A stretch of 32,786 nt of DNA, taken from positions 1 through 32,786 of IMG/VR virus record IMGVR_UViG_3300020409_000753, one strand, 5' to 3'. A program made the position numbers and the translations under genes. Position 1 is the stretch's first letter. Each line of letters starts with the position of its first letter. Under the pieces are notes generated by a model, which made no database searches, had not been told where the DNA came from, and worked only from the letters and a program-made list of their open reading frames with translations. Shown piece by piece: positions 7,442 to 19,100 of this stretch. This DNA comes from a virus. Its lineage: Duplodnaviria > Caudoviricetes.

Positions 7442-10003
7442 ATGGCAAAGTTCAGTAAGAAAATTACTAACTTATTAGGTAGTCAGGTACCTGAATTTGT
7501 ACTTGAACAGCATCCTAAATTTGTAGAATTTGTAAGAACATATTTTACATTTATGGAAAGTGCTGAGTTAACTATTCTTAACTCTCAAAGCACAGAAGGT
7601 ATATTACTTGAAACAGAAACAGGTCAAACTAATAATCTAATTTTAAACGCAAGTCGTTTAGGTTCAGAAGCAACTCAAATAGACGCTGGTGGTAAAATAC
7701 TACAAGAGACTTCTTCTTTTGGTGCGTTTACTCAAAATGAAATAATCAAAGGTTCAACTTCAAAAGCAGAAGCAGTTATACTTGCTGAAGATAATAATAA
7801 TAACGGCAAGTTTATTATAACAACGCAAGATAAATTTATTGAAGGTGAAACTATTATAGGACAATCTTCTAATGCGTCAGGTGTTGTTGGTTCTTATAGA
7901 CCTAATCCAGTTCAAAATATACAAGACTTATTAAACTTTAGAGACCCAGACAAAGTTATTCAGCATTTCTTAAATCAATTTAGAAATGAGTTTATGAAAA
8001 CTATACCTGAAGACTTACACGAAGATATTAATAAAAGAAACTTAATTAAAAATATTAAATCACTTTATAGAACAAAAGGTACTGCAAAAGGACACGAAAT
8101 ATTTTTTAGATTGTTGTTTGGTTTAAAATCAGAAACATTTTATCCTAGAGAACAAATGTTAAGAGTATCAGATGGAGAGTTTACATTTAATAGAGTATTA
8201 AGATGTATTAATCCTGTAGGTAATACTGGTCAATTAATTGGTAGACAAATTACAGGTACAACTTCAGGTGCAACTGCAATTGTAGAAAACATATCTCGTT
8301 TTCAAATAGGTGCAACTTTAGTTTCTGAATTTTTATTAAACGAAGAAAGTATTACAGGTACTTTTTCTGTTGGTGAAGTTGTACAAGGTACTGCCACAGA
8401 TACAGATGACTTGTTTATTAAATCAACTATAACAGGTATACCTGGAACATTTACAATTACAAATGATGGTGCATTGTATCAGAATAACGATAATATTAAA
8501 TTAATTGGTGGTGGCGGAGGTTCTATTTGTCAGGTTGAAAATATAGGTCAAGGTTCAATTAGTGAATTTTTTATAAACGCTGCTGGTAACAATTATCAAA
8601 TAGGTGACAAACTTGTTTTTGATAATCAAAATACAGATGGCGCTGGTGCAATAGCAGAAGTTGCTGTTGTTAATGGTGCAATTGCAGGAGAAACAGGAAG
8701 TGGTTATGACCATATTGTTTACGAAACTGCAACAAGTAAAAATGATATTAACCCAGGCGATAAAATAGTTTTAGAAGAAGGTATTGGAGATATTACTGAT
8801 ATAAGATTAATTAATGGTGGTTCTGGTTATAGTACAACACCTACGGTAACGGTTACAAGTTCAACTGGTGTAAACGCTGAAATATTTGCTTATGGAAATG
8901 AAATAGGAAATTTATTAGGTATTAAAGTTATTGAAGCAGGTTCTGGACACGAACAAAGTCCTTCACCACCTACCGTTGCAATTCCTCAATCAATTATAGT
9001 TTTACAAGCAACTGGTAATTATGCGACAGACGAAACGGTTACTGGTGGCACTTCAGGTAATACAGGTGTTGTTGTAAGTTGGGATAGTACTAGAGGTATA
9101 TTAAGATTAAAAGATGTAAGTGGTCCATTTACAGGACACGAAGTTTTAACTGGTTCATTATCAAGTACAACTGGTCTAATGGCAAAAACAGATTTAGCAA
9201 CTTCAACGGTTGATGTTGTTGCCGTTTCTGCGTCTGAAGGTAAATATGTATCAGAAGACGGACACTTATCAGAAACAACAATGAAGATACAAGATAGTTT
9301 ATACTATCAGGACTTTTCTTATGTTATTAAAGTAGGTCGTACTATTGATGAATGGAGAGACGCATTTAAAAAGACAATGCACCCTGCTGGTTTTTATTTT
9401 ACAGGACAAGTTAATATTGAAAGTAGATTAAATGTTAAAAATCGTATGCCTGTTATTGGTAGAGTTTCAGGTATATCTGCAAGTCCATTTATCGCTATCT
9501 TAAACACATTATTTGCTACGGTGTTTGGTAGAAGATTAGGAACAGAAGACGATGGTACTACATTGAGAGCAAATGCACAATTAGGTGTTGCTGATGGTTC
9601 ACAAGCAGGTGTAGGTGGTTCGCCTTTTGCTAGTAATACAAGAGACATTACTTTAAAAAGAACAAACATAGCATTTAGTTTTCAGTTTAAACCATTTTAC
9701 AACTTTAGAACATTTAATACAAACTTCGGTTCTGTATATGCAGGACCTAGATTAAGAAGTTTTGACAAGTACTTTCAAAGGTCAATGTCTGCTTCAAGTA
9801 TGGTATGGGGTAGAGTAGCAGAATTAAGAGCGATAGGTACAAACACTAACGCTGATGGTTCATTATTACAATATGGTGATTTATCAACAATTGCGAAGAC
9901 ATTTATTACATATCCTGCTGAGGTATTAGTGCCTCAAGGTAGATTTAGTAATACGCAAAAGAAATTTAGTAGTGGTACAGCAACTTTTGATAGTACCGTT
10001 TAA
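7442..10003 (+). CDS. gp7: baseplate wedge protein (gp7-like)
   Basis: Follows gp6; LIKNIKSLYRTKGT...FFRLLF and IQDSLYYQDFSYVIK...WRDAFKKTMHPAGF motifs. Confidence 0.75.
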   Translation: MAKFSKKITNLLGSQVPEFVLEQHPKFVEFVRTYFTFMESAELTILNSQSTEGILLETETGQTNNLILNASRLGSEATQIDAGGKILQETSSFGAFTQNEIIKGSTSKAEAVILAEDNNNNGKFIITTQDKFIEGETIIGQSSNASGVVGSYRPNPVQNIQDLLNFRDPDKVIQHFLNQFRNEFMKTIPEDLHEDINKRNLIKNIKSLYRTKGTAKGHEIFFRLLFGLKSETFYPREQMLRVSDGEFTFNRVLRCINPVGNTGQLIGRQITGTTSGATAIVENISRFQIGATLVSEFLLNEESITGTFSVGEVVQGTATDTDDLFIKSTITGIPGTFTITNDGALYQNNDNIKLIGGGGGSICQVENIGQGSISEFFINAAGNNYQIGDKLVFDNQNTDGAGAIAEVAVVNGAIAGETGSGYDHIVYETATSKNDINPGDKIVLEEGIGDITDIRLINGGSGYSTTPTVTVTSSTGVNAEIFAYGNEIGNLLGIKVIEAGSGHEQSPSPPTVAIPQSIIVLQATGNYATDETVTGGTSGNTGVVVSWDSTRGILRLKDVSGPFTGHEVLTGSLSSTTGLMAKTDLATSTVDVVAVSASEGKYVSEDGHLSETTMKIQDSLYYQDFSYVIKVGRTIDEWRDAFKKTMHPAGFYFTGQVNIESRLNVKNRMPVIGRVSGISASPFIAILNTLFATVFGRRLGTEDDGTTLRANAQLGVADGSQAGVGGSPFASNTRDITLKRTNIAFSFQFKPFYNFRTFNTNFGSVYAGPRLRSFDKYFQRSMSASSMVWGRVAELRAIGTNTNADGSLLQYGDLSTIAKTFITYPAEVLVPQGRFSNTQKKFSSGTATFDSTV

Positions 10004-10010
10004 AATCGGT

Positions 10011-10018
10011 TATAAATA
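10011..10018 (+). promoter_or_regulatory. T4-type late promoter TATAAATA
   Basis: Exact consensus, intergenic, upstream of the ORF at 10038. Confidence 0.8.
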
Positions 10019-10037
10019 TTAGGACAGGAAGAAAAAT

Positions 10038-11678
10038 ATGGCAAAACAAAGTATAGGATTAGGAAGTTCTCCCAATGACGGAACAGGTGATAACCTGCGT
10101 GTCGGCGGTGATAAAGTCAATGACAACTTCAACGAAATTTACACAGCACTAGGCAATGGTACTGATTTACAGATAACAACTGCTGGTGCTTCATCAAACC
10201 AAGTATTACAATGGAACACTTCTAATAATAGATTTGAACCAACTGCTTCTGCGGCTGCAGGAGATATATCAGTAGATACAACTCCACAACTTGGTGGTGA
10301 TTTAGATGTTAACGGAAATAAAATAGTATCCGTAGCAAACGGCAATATTGAAATTCTTCCTAATGGTTCTGGTAAAGTAAAACTAGACCAATTATTCTTT
10401 CCTGATACGGTAGGTACTTCAACTTATGTACTTGCAACTGATGGCGCAAGTCAGATGTATTGGAAACAAGTGGGAAGTACAATTACTCTTTCTGCTGATA
10501 GTGGAACACCTGATACATATACCGTAGGAAATACTTTATTGTTTTCTGGAACAGGTGGAATAACTTCAACGGTTTTAGATGATACTATTAGATATACTAT
10601 TGATAATACGGTTGTTGCTACTCTTTCAGATAATCAAACTTTTAATAATAAAACTTATAACGACCCAATCATTACAGGTAATGGTACAGGTGCTGGTAAT
10701 TTAAAACTTACAGGTAATAGTTATATAAGACAAGGTGGTGGCGCATTATCAGGTTTCTCTAGTGCTGTTCAATATGATGGTGCCTTTGCTGTTGATACAA
10801 CTGCATACAAAGCTTATTATGCTGCCAACGGACAATGGAATGAAATGCTATCAGGTACTTCATCTATTGACGCATTATCAGATGTAGACACAACTACTCA
10901 AGCACCTTCAAGTGGTCAAGCACTTGTATGGAATGCTGGTGCTTCTGCATTTAGACCAACAACAATTTTAAATAATGTATCAGATGATACTTCACCTACT
11001 TTAGGTGGTAACCTAGCAACTGGTTCTAATAATATAACAGGTTCAGGTAATATAGATTTACAAGGTGGTGGTAGTAAACTTAAATTTAATTTTGCAAACT
11101 CATCATCATTTCCTAATTCAACAACTTACTCTGGTGCTGTTGCACTTGCTGAAAACACTAACAAAATGTTTTATGCAACGAGTTCAGGTTGGATTACTTT
11201 ATTAACAGAAAACGATAGTATCAATGTTTTATCAGATGTTGATACAACAACTAATGCTCCGTCTTATGGACAAGTATTAGTATATGAAAATGTAGGAGGT
11301 GTTGGTCGTTGGAGACCTAATGATTATACTCCTGCAAATAGAATATCTGCACGATTTACGGTAACAAATAGTGGTTCAAGTGATTATGTATTTAATGGTG
11401 ACGGATTTATAGGTAATAATGGAGTTGCAAATCCACAAAACGATCCAGTTCTTTATTTAAAGAAAGGTCATACTTATGAATTTGTTGTCAATTCAGGTGC
11501 TTCTCACCCATTCCATATTAGAGTTTCTAGTGGTGGTTCAGATTATAATTTTGGTGTTACCAATAACGGTACTGGTTCAGGAACAATAACTTTTAATGTT
11601 CCTATGAACGCACCATCAACATTATATTACCAATGCTTCAATCATAGCGGTATGGGTAATGTTATAAATATAAGTTAA
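10038..11678 (+). CDS. baseplate-attached fibre protein: gp9/gp10-like N-terminus, repeated modules, C-terminal cupredoxin-like domain
   Basis: NDGTGDNLRVGGDKVNDNFNEIY N-terminus; DTxPxLGGxL and LSDVD repeats; C-terminal HPF...LYYQCFNHSGMG. Confidence 0.75.
   Translation: MAKQSIGLGSSPNDGTGDNLRVGGDKVNDNFNEIYTALGNGTDLQITTAGASSNQVLQWNTSNNRFEPTASAAAGDISVDTTPQLGGDLDVNGNKIVSVANGNIEILPNGSGKVKLDQLFFPDTVGTSTYVLATDGASQMYWKQVGSTITLSADSGTPDTYTVGNTLLFSGTGGITSTVLDDTIRYTIDNTVVATLSDNQTFNNKTYNDPIITGNGTGAGNLKLTGNSYIRQGGGALSGFSSAVQYDGAFAVDTTAYKAYYAANGQWNEMLSGTSSIDALSDVDTTTQAPSSGQALVWNAGASAFRPTTILNNVSDDTSPTLGGNLATGSNNITGSGNIDLQGGGSKLKFNFANSSSFPNSTTYSGAVALAENTNKMFYATSSGWITLLTENDSINVLSDVDTTTNAPSYGQVLVYENVGGVGRWRPNDYTPANRISARFTVTNSGSSDYVFNGDGFIGNNGVANPQNDPVLYLKKGHTYEFVVNSGASHPFHIRVSSGGSDYNFGVTNNGTGSGTITFNVPMNAPSTLYYQCFNHSGMGNVINIS
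11663..11670 (+). promoter_or_regulatory. T4-type late promoter TATAAATA
   Basis: Exact consensus in the last codons of the upstream gene, 23 nt before the gp8 ATG. Confidence 0.7.
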
Positions 11679-11693
11679 AGATAGAGGAAAACA

Positions 11694-13151
11694 ATGCCAG
11701 CAATAATAACAAGTAAATTCAGAAGGAACAATGCACAAGCATTTGAAACTTCTTTTGGTTCTTCAGGTAATAAGTATTATCTAGGAATTGGAAAGCCTTC
11801 TGCGTTTGGTACTAAAACAAGACCAGACGGAAGAACAGAAAATTTAGGTACTGATAGTACCCCAATTACACCTGCCGATAGTGTACAACAAGAGTATGAT
11901 ACTTTTGATGATTTATTGGCTGTAAAAAGAATAACAAGCTCAGATGTAAGTTTCGCAGCTCCTAGAATTAACTGGACTAGTGGAACGGTCTATGATTATT
12001 ATAGACACGATTACGGCAACAGAATTACAGGTGGTACCTCTATCCAATCTGCAAACTCTGGCGCTACTAATCTATATGACGCAAACTTCTATGTAATGAA
12101 CAGCAACTTTCAAGTGTACAAATGTTTAGACAACAATAACAATGGTCAATCAACAATTGAACCAACTGGCGAAAATACACTTATTTTAGAAACTTCTGAT
12201 AATTACAAATGGAAGTATATGTACACTTTATCTGCTTCTGCACAAGCAAACTTTTTATCAACAGACTTTATGGGAGTTTCTTCAAACTCAACGGTAACAA
12301 ATGCTGCTGTTGATGGTGCTATAAACATAGTAAAAATTAAAACTCCTGGTACAGGTGGTACTAATGGAACATATACAAACATTCCTATGAGAGGTGATGG
12401 TTCTAATGGTCAAGTATCAATTACAATTGCAAGTGGTTCGGTAACTGCTGTGTCGGTAACAAATGCTGGAACAGGATATTCATATGCAAATATTAGAGTA
12501 TCAGATATAAATGTTGCTGGTGGTGGTTCTTTAACTGGTGCTGAATTAGATTGTATAATTGAACCAAAAGGTGGTCACGGTTTTGATCCTTTTGAAGAAT
12601 TAGGTGCTTTCTTTGTAATACTTAATACTTCTTTTGAAGGTGCTGAAACTGCAAACTCTGGTGACTTTACAACAACAAACGATTTTAGACGAGTATGTTT
12701 AATTAGAGATCCTAAATCTGCTGGTTCAGCTGCTACGGTTACAACATTAAGAGCAACAAGAGCAGTTAGATTTTCAGGAACACCTGGTACATTCCAAGTA
12801 GACGAAAAGATTACACAAACAAATACAGGTGCTGTAGGTAAAGTAGTACAATTTGATAGTGCTAATAAAATTTTATTCTACACACAAACAAGATATAGTG
12901 ATGAAGGTGTTGACGCAAACGGAAATAAAATATTGTTTAGTGGTACAGATACAATTAATGGTGCTACTTCTTCTGCAACAGGAATACCTACAGGAGTAAC
13001 CGAAACGGTCAATAATGTTTCTTTAGTTAGTGGTCACTCATTACCAGAGATAGATGAAGATAGTGGAGATGTAATGTACATTGAAAACAGAGCACCTGTT
13101 GCTAGAAGTGTAGACCAAACTGAAAATGTTAAATTGATTATTGAATTTTAA
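11694..13151 (+). CDS. gp8: baseplate wedge subunit gp8
   Basis: PRINWTSGTVYDYY, FYVMNSNFQVYKCLDN, DNYKWKYMY, YIENR...QTENVKLIIEF. Confidence 0.92.
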   Translation: MPAIITSKFRRNNAQAFETSFGSSGNKYYLGIGKPSAFGTKTRPDGRTENLGTDSTPITPADSVQQEYDTFDDLLAVKRITSSDVSFAAPRINWTSGTVYDYYRHDYGNRITGGTSIQSANSGATNLYDANFYVMNSNFQVYKCLDNNNNGQSTIEPTGENTLILETSDNYKWKYMYTLSASAQANFLSTDFMGVSSNSTVTNAAVDGAINIVKIKTPGTGGTNGTYTNIPMRGDGSNGQVSITIASGSVTAVSVTNAGTGYSYANIRVSDINVAGGGSLTGAELDCIIEPKGGHGFDPFEELGAFFVILNTSFEGAETANSGDFTTTNDFRRVCLIRDPKSAGSAATVTTLRATRAVRFSGTPGTFQVDEKITQTNTGAVGKVVQFDSANKILFYTQTRYSDEGVDANGNKILFSGTDTINGATSSATGIPTGVTETVNNVSLVSGHSLPEIDEDSGDVMYIENRAPVARSVDQTENVKLIIEF

Positions 13152-13162
13152 GAGGAAAATAA

Positions 13163-16100
13163 ATGCCAGCAAAAACTGACTTTAACCTCTCTCCTTACTA
13201 TGATGACTTTAACGAAAGTAAGAAGTTTCATAGAATACTTTTTAGACCAGCGTTTGCTGTTCAAGCGAGAGAGTTAACACAATCACAATCTATTCTACAA
13301 AACCAAGTAGAAAAAATGGGTAACCATATATTTGAAGATGGTGCTCAAATGATACCTGGTGAGGTAACTTATGATTTACAATATTATTCAGTTAAGTTAT
13401 CTTCTTTCTCTGGCACAACTAATTTATCAGATTTTATAGGTTTAGAATTAGAAGGGCAAACTTCACTTGTTAAAGCAAAAGTTATCGCTGTTGATGTTGC
13501 AACTTCAACTGACCCAAATACTTTATATGTTAAATATACAAAAACTGGTGTAGGTAACGCAACAACTGACTATGTTGCTTCTGAAACTTTATTAGCAGTA
13601 CACCCAACATTAGGAAATATAACTGGTGTTTGTGATGGTTCACAAATTGGTTCAGCTGCAAACATTGCTTCAGGTACTTATTACATAAATGGTTTTGCTG
13701 TTAATGTTGCACAACAAACAATAGTATTAGACAAATATACAAACACACCATCTTATAGAGTAGGTCTAAAGGTTACTGAAAGTTTTGTAACCCCTAACCA
13801 AGATACTTCACTAGTTGACAATGCTGCTGGTTCTTCAAACGCAAATGCTCCTGGTGCTCATAGATTTAAAATAGATTTAACTTTAACTAAACTTGCTTTA
13901 ACTTCAATTGAAGACGATAGTTTTATTGAGTTATTAAGACTTGACAATGGACTATTACAAAGTAGAGTTAGAACAACTGAATATGCAATATTAGAAGATA
14001 CACTTGCTCGTAGAACCTTTGACGAAAGTGGTAACTATGCAATCAGACAATTTGATTTAGATGTTAGAGAACATTTAATTAATGGAGACAATAGAGGTAT
14101 CTTTACTTCTGCTGAAGGCGGTTTAGAAAGTAAACTTGCATTAGGATTATCTCCAGGTAAAGCATATGTTAGAGGTTATGAAGTAGATAAGATAGGAACA
14201 GAATTTGTTGCTGTTGATAAACCTAGAACATTTGGAACAGAAAACGGTTTCAATACTTTATTTGATGTAGGTAATTTTATAAATGTATCAAATGTTTATG
14301 GTTCTCCAGATGTAAACGAAAACGCAACTGGTCCTGTTGAGGCATTTAAAAAGGTAGAATTAAGATTAGATGGTGCAACTTATGTACCAGGTACCATTAA
14401 TGCAAATGTTCAAAATAATATTAATGAAATAGGTAGAGCAAAAACAAGAGGTTTTGAATACAACGCAACAATCGGCACACCTATAACAACTGCTGGTAAT
14501 ATATCAGCAAATCCAAACAATGTAATGAAACACTACTTGTTTGATGTTGAAATGTTTAGTCATATAGGTATTACAGACGCAATATCATTTACGACTGGCG
14601 AAACTTTAACAGGTGGTACTTCAGGTGCAACTGCAATCGTAGAAAGTATTTCATCAGCAACTTCTGCTTATGCAATCTCTTCATCTACAGCTGCAAATCC
14701 TGTTGTTATTACAACAACTGCTGATACAGATATTAAAGATGGTGACGCAATTAAGATAACAGGTGTTACCACACAAACAGAATTAAATGACAAAGTATTT
14801 TATGTAAAACAAGACCCTAGTGGTACTGCAAAAAGAGATTTCATATTAGTAAATGCTGACGGAACAGATGTTGATGGTTCTGGTCATACAGGTGCTGGTA
14901 CTGGTGGTACTTTATCTATGGGTAAAGTTGTTGTATCTGCTGTTAACGGAGAATTTCAAGCAGGTGAAACAATAACTGGAGGTACTTCTTCAAATACTGC
15001 AACTATCAAAGCAGATGTATTTGGTAATAAAGGATTTACTTCTTTCTCAATTGTTGATACTAAAGAAATTACAATGGCAGGTTCTCCAACTTATACTGCA
15101 CAAACAAATTTAACTAGTTCTTTCGGTGAAAATGTACAACTCTCTGGTAATATTTCAATATCAGGTGGTTCAGCATTAGTTGTCGGATTCAATACTAAAT
15201 TTAATGAAGAATTAAAAGTCGGTGATAGTGTTGAATTTGCTGATACAGGTGGTACAATTATTAACAAGAAAGTTCTACAAATACATACAAGTTCATCAAT
15301 AACACTTGATAGTGCTATCGGTGCAACTGCTGTTTCAAACTCAATCATAATCAGAAGAAGAACAAAACTAAATGGTGCTGATAAAAATATTTCAGTATTC
15401 AGTTTGCCTTATGATACAATTAAAACATTAAGAACAACTGCAAACTCTGGTATAAGTGATACTTCTTATACCGTAAGAAAAACTTTTGTAGGTGATTTAT
15501 CTTCAACAGGAGATATTACAATTACTGGTCAAACAGGTGAAAGTTTTGTTCCACAATCAGAAACAGATTATTCAGTAACCATAATGACAGCAGGTGGTGC
15601 TTCTTCAGCAGGTACTGCTGGTGATAAACTATCTACAACTGGTAATCAACACGAAGGTAATCCTTGTTTTATTTTAGGTGGTTCTCCTACAGGTCGTTCA
15701 TTAACTTTAGACTTTGGTGCTAATCATCAAGGACATACGGTTAAAATTATTGCAACTTTATCAAAATCTGCACAGGACGAAAAATCAAAAACATTACAAT
15801 CTAACGAAACGGTTGCTGTTGCTACACAAGCAGCTGCCGAAGCAAAAGTTATTGGTCTAGGTAAAGCAGATGTTTACCAATTAGTTTCAGTTAAAATGTC
15901 TGCTGACTTTAGTACGGCTGCAACTTCTGGTGATACTGATATTACAGAAAGATATACTTTAGATACAGGTCAAAGAGATAACTTCTATGACATAGGTAGA
16001 ATAGTAAGAAAAGAAGGTGAGTTAGCACCTACAGGACAATTATTAATTACATTTAATTATTTCACACACGGTAATGGTGACTTCTTTAGTGTAGATAGTT

Positions 16101-19100
16101 ATGTCTCAATTAATTACGAAGATATTCCATCTTACACTTCTGATACTTCAGGTGATACTTTTGAATTAAGAGATTGTTTAGACTTTAGACCTAGAGTAGA
16201 TGACGCAAGTACAATTAATGCTGGTCAACAAAATAGAAGTTATGATGGTGCTGGTGCTTCAAAAGTTGATGTTGTTAAATTTGGTACTAATGTAACCACA
16301 GACCACGAATATTACAAAGGAAGAATTGATAAACTTTACATAACAAAAGAAGGTGAGTTTAAAATTTTATCAGGTGCGCCTGATACAAGACCACAAGAAC
16401 CTGGTCAATTAGAAAATGCAATGCACTTATACACAATAAGTTTACCTGCATATGTTCTAAAACCTGAAGATGTAAATTTTGAAACGGTTGATAATAGAAG
16501 ATATACTATGAGAGATATCGGAGAAATCAACAAGAAAATTGATAGAGTAGAATATTATACTCAACTATCATTATTAGAAACTGCTGCTCAAGCATTACAG
16601 ATACAAGATAGTAATGGTTTTGACAGATTTAAAAACGGATTTATTGTAGATAACTTTGATGGTCACGGTATTGGTGAGGTTACAAATGGTTCTCATAGAT
16701 GTTCTATTGATTATAGAAAGAAAGAATTAAGACCTCTATTTAAACAAGACGCTGTTGAAGTAGAAGAGATAGACGAAGATGGTTCTGTATTAGTAGACGC
16801 TGATAGAACAGCTGCAAACTATCAAAGAACAGGTGAAGTATTAACTTTACCTTACACTAATGTTGATTTAATTAATCAACCTTTTGCTTCTAAAGCAATT
16901 AATGTAAACCCATTTGCTATATTCAGTTGGGTAGGTACAATAGAATTAACTCCTTCAAGTGATGAATGGAGAGAAACAGAAAGAGCACCAGATTTAGTTG
17001 TAAATTCACAAACAGGTGCTTGGGACCAATTATTAAGAGAAGGTAGAGTGCCTAATCAAAATCAGATTGCACTAGGTACCGTATGGAATGATTGGCAAAC
17101 AAACTGGACAGGTGCGCCACTAACTTCTGTGGTAACTGCAACAGGTGGTAGATTTATGAGAGGTCGTGCTATTATGCAAAGAACGACTATTACTTCTATC
17201 AATCAAGTTAACCAAAGTAGAACAGGAATTACAACAACTGCTGTTCCTCAAACTATTAGAACAAGTATGGGAGATAGAGTTGTTGATACTGCTTTTGTTC
17301 CATTTATCAGAGCAAGAAATGTTGACTTTGTTGCAACAAGATTAAAACCAAATACAAGAGTTTATCCATTCTTTGATAATGTAGATATAACTCAATATGT
17401 AACCCCGACAGGTGGTGCTGCTGGTGGTAATTTAATTTCAGACGCAAACGGAAGAGTGTCTGGTACTTTTGCAATACCTGATCCAAAAGTAAATAGTAAT
17501 CCTAGATGGAGAACAGGTGAAAGAACATTTAGATTAACTTCATCTTCAACTAACTCGCAAGACGCAGCCGCTGTTGAAACAGCTGCAAACGCTGAATATG
17601 TTGCAAGAGGATTATTGAATACGGTTAGAGATACAATCGTTTCAACTAGAGAATTTAGAGGTGTACAAAACACGGTTACAGAAACTAGACAAACACTAGA
17701 AACTTCAACAAGAGCAGGTAGTAGAGTTATAGGTTGGCACGACCCATTAGCACAAACTATTATGGTTGATGATGAAGGTGGTGTATTCTTAACTTCTATT
17801 GATTTGTACTTCTCAACAAAAGACGCAAACATACCTATAACGGTTCAATTAAGAAATACGGTTAATGGTTATCCTGGAAGTAAAATATTACCTTTTGGTG
17901 AGGTAACAATTAATCCTAGTTCAGTAAATACTAGTTCAGACGCTTCAGTTAAAACTACATTTACTTTCCCTGCGCCTGTGTACATACAAGATAAAACAGA
18001 ATATTGTTTTGTAGTTCTATCAAATTCAGACGAATACAATTGTTATGTTGGTAGATTAGGTGAAACAAATATTGGTTCTAATAGAACAATATCACAACAA
18101 CCATATGCTGGTGTATTATTTAAATCTCAAAACGGTTCTACTTGGACTGCTGAACAAAACGAAGATATTAAATTTACAATTAAGAGAGCTGAGTTCTCAG
18201 CGGTTACTGGTACCGTTCATTTAGCAAATAAAGAATTACCAACAAGAACATTAAAACAAAACCCATTGAGAACAACAAATGGTTCTGGAGTAATTAGAGT
18301 ATTCCATCCTAATCACAATTTACACGATACAAATTCTGTGGTTACAATTTCAGGAGTTCCTAATGGTTCTCATAATGGTATTGCACATACGGACATTAAT
18401 GGAACATATACTAGTATTTCAAATATAACACTAGATAGTTTTGATATTACTGCTCAAAATTCTGCTACTGCAAATACAAGTGGAGATATTGGTGGTACTG
18501 CAATTACTTCAACTCAAAACAGACAAATAGATGTATTGAACATAGCAGGTATTCAAACACTTGCTGTTCCTGGTACAAATATAAATGCGTTTGTAAGAAC
18601 AACAACAAGTAAATCAATTCACGGAACACAAACACCTTATTCATTAACAACTAATGCAAATAAGGTTCCTGTTTCATTACAAGATGACATTTACTTTACA
18701 GCGCCACAAGCAGTTTTATCTCAACCTAACGAAACAAATCGTTTAGGTGGTCAAAAATCTTTCTATACAATATTTGAATTATCAAGTACAAATACAAAAC
18801 TATCTCCTGTTATTGACTTAGCAAGAAATAGTGTATTCTGTATTGCAAACAGATTGAATAGTCCAACAAGTTCTAACACACCAAACTTTGTTGCTGATAC
18901 AGCACCTGCTGATAACTCAACTGCTTCAAACTATATAACTAAACCTGTTGTATTAACAAACAACTCAACAGCGTTAGATATTAGATTGACACAGGTAGTT
19001 AGAAGCTCAAGTGAAGTAGAAGTTTATTTTAGAACAACAAGCGCTGACGAAGTTAGAGATATACACGAATTAGATTTTATACCATTTAATACAGATGGTT

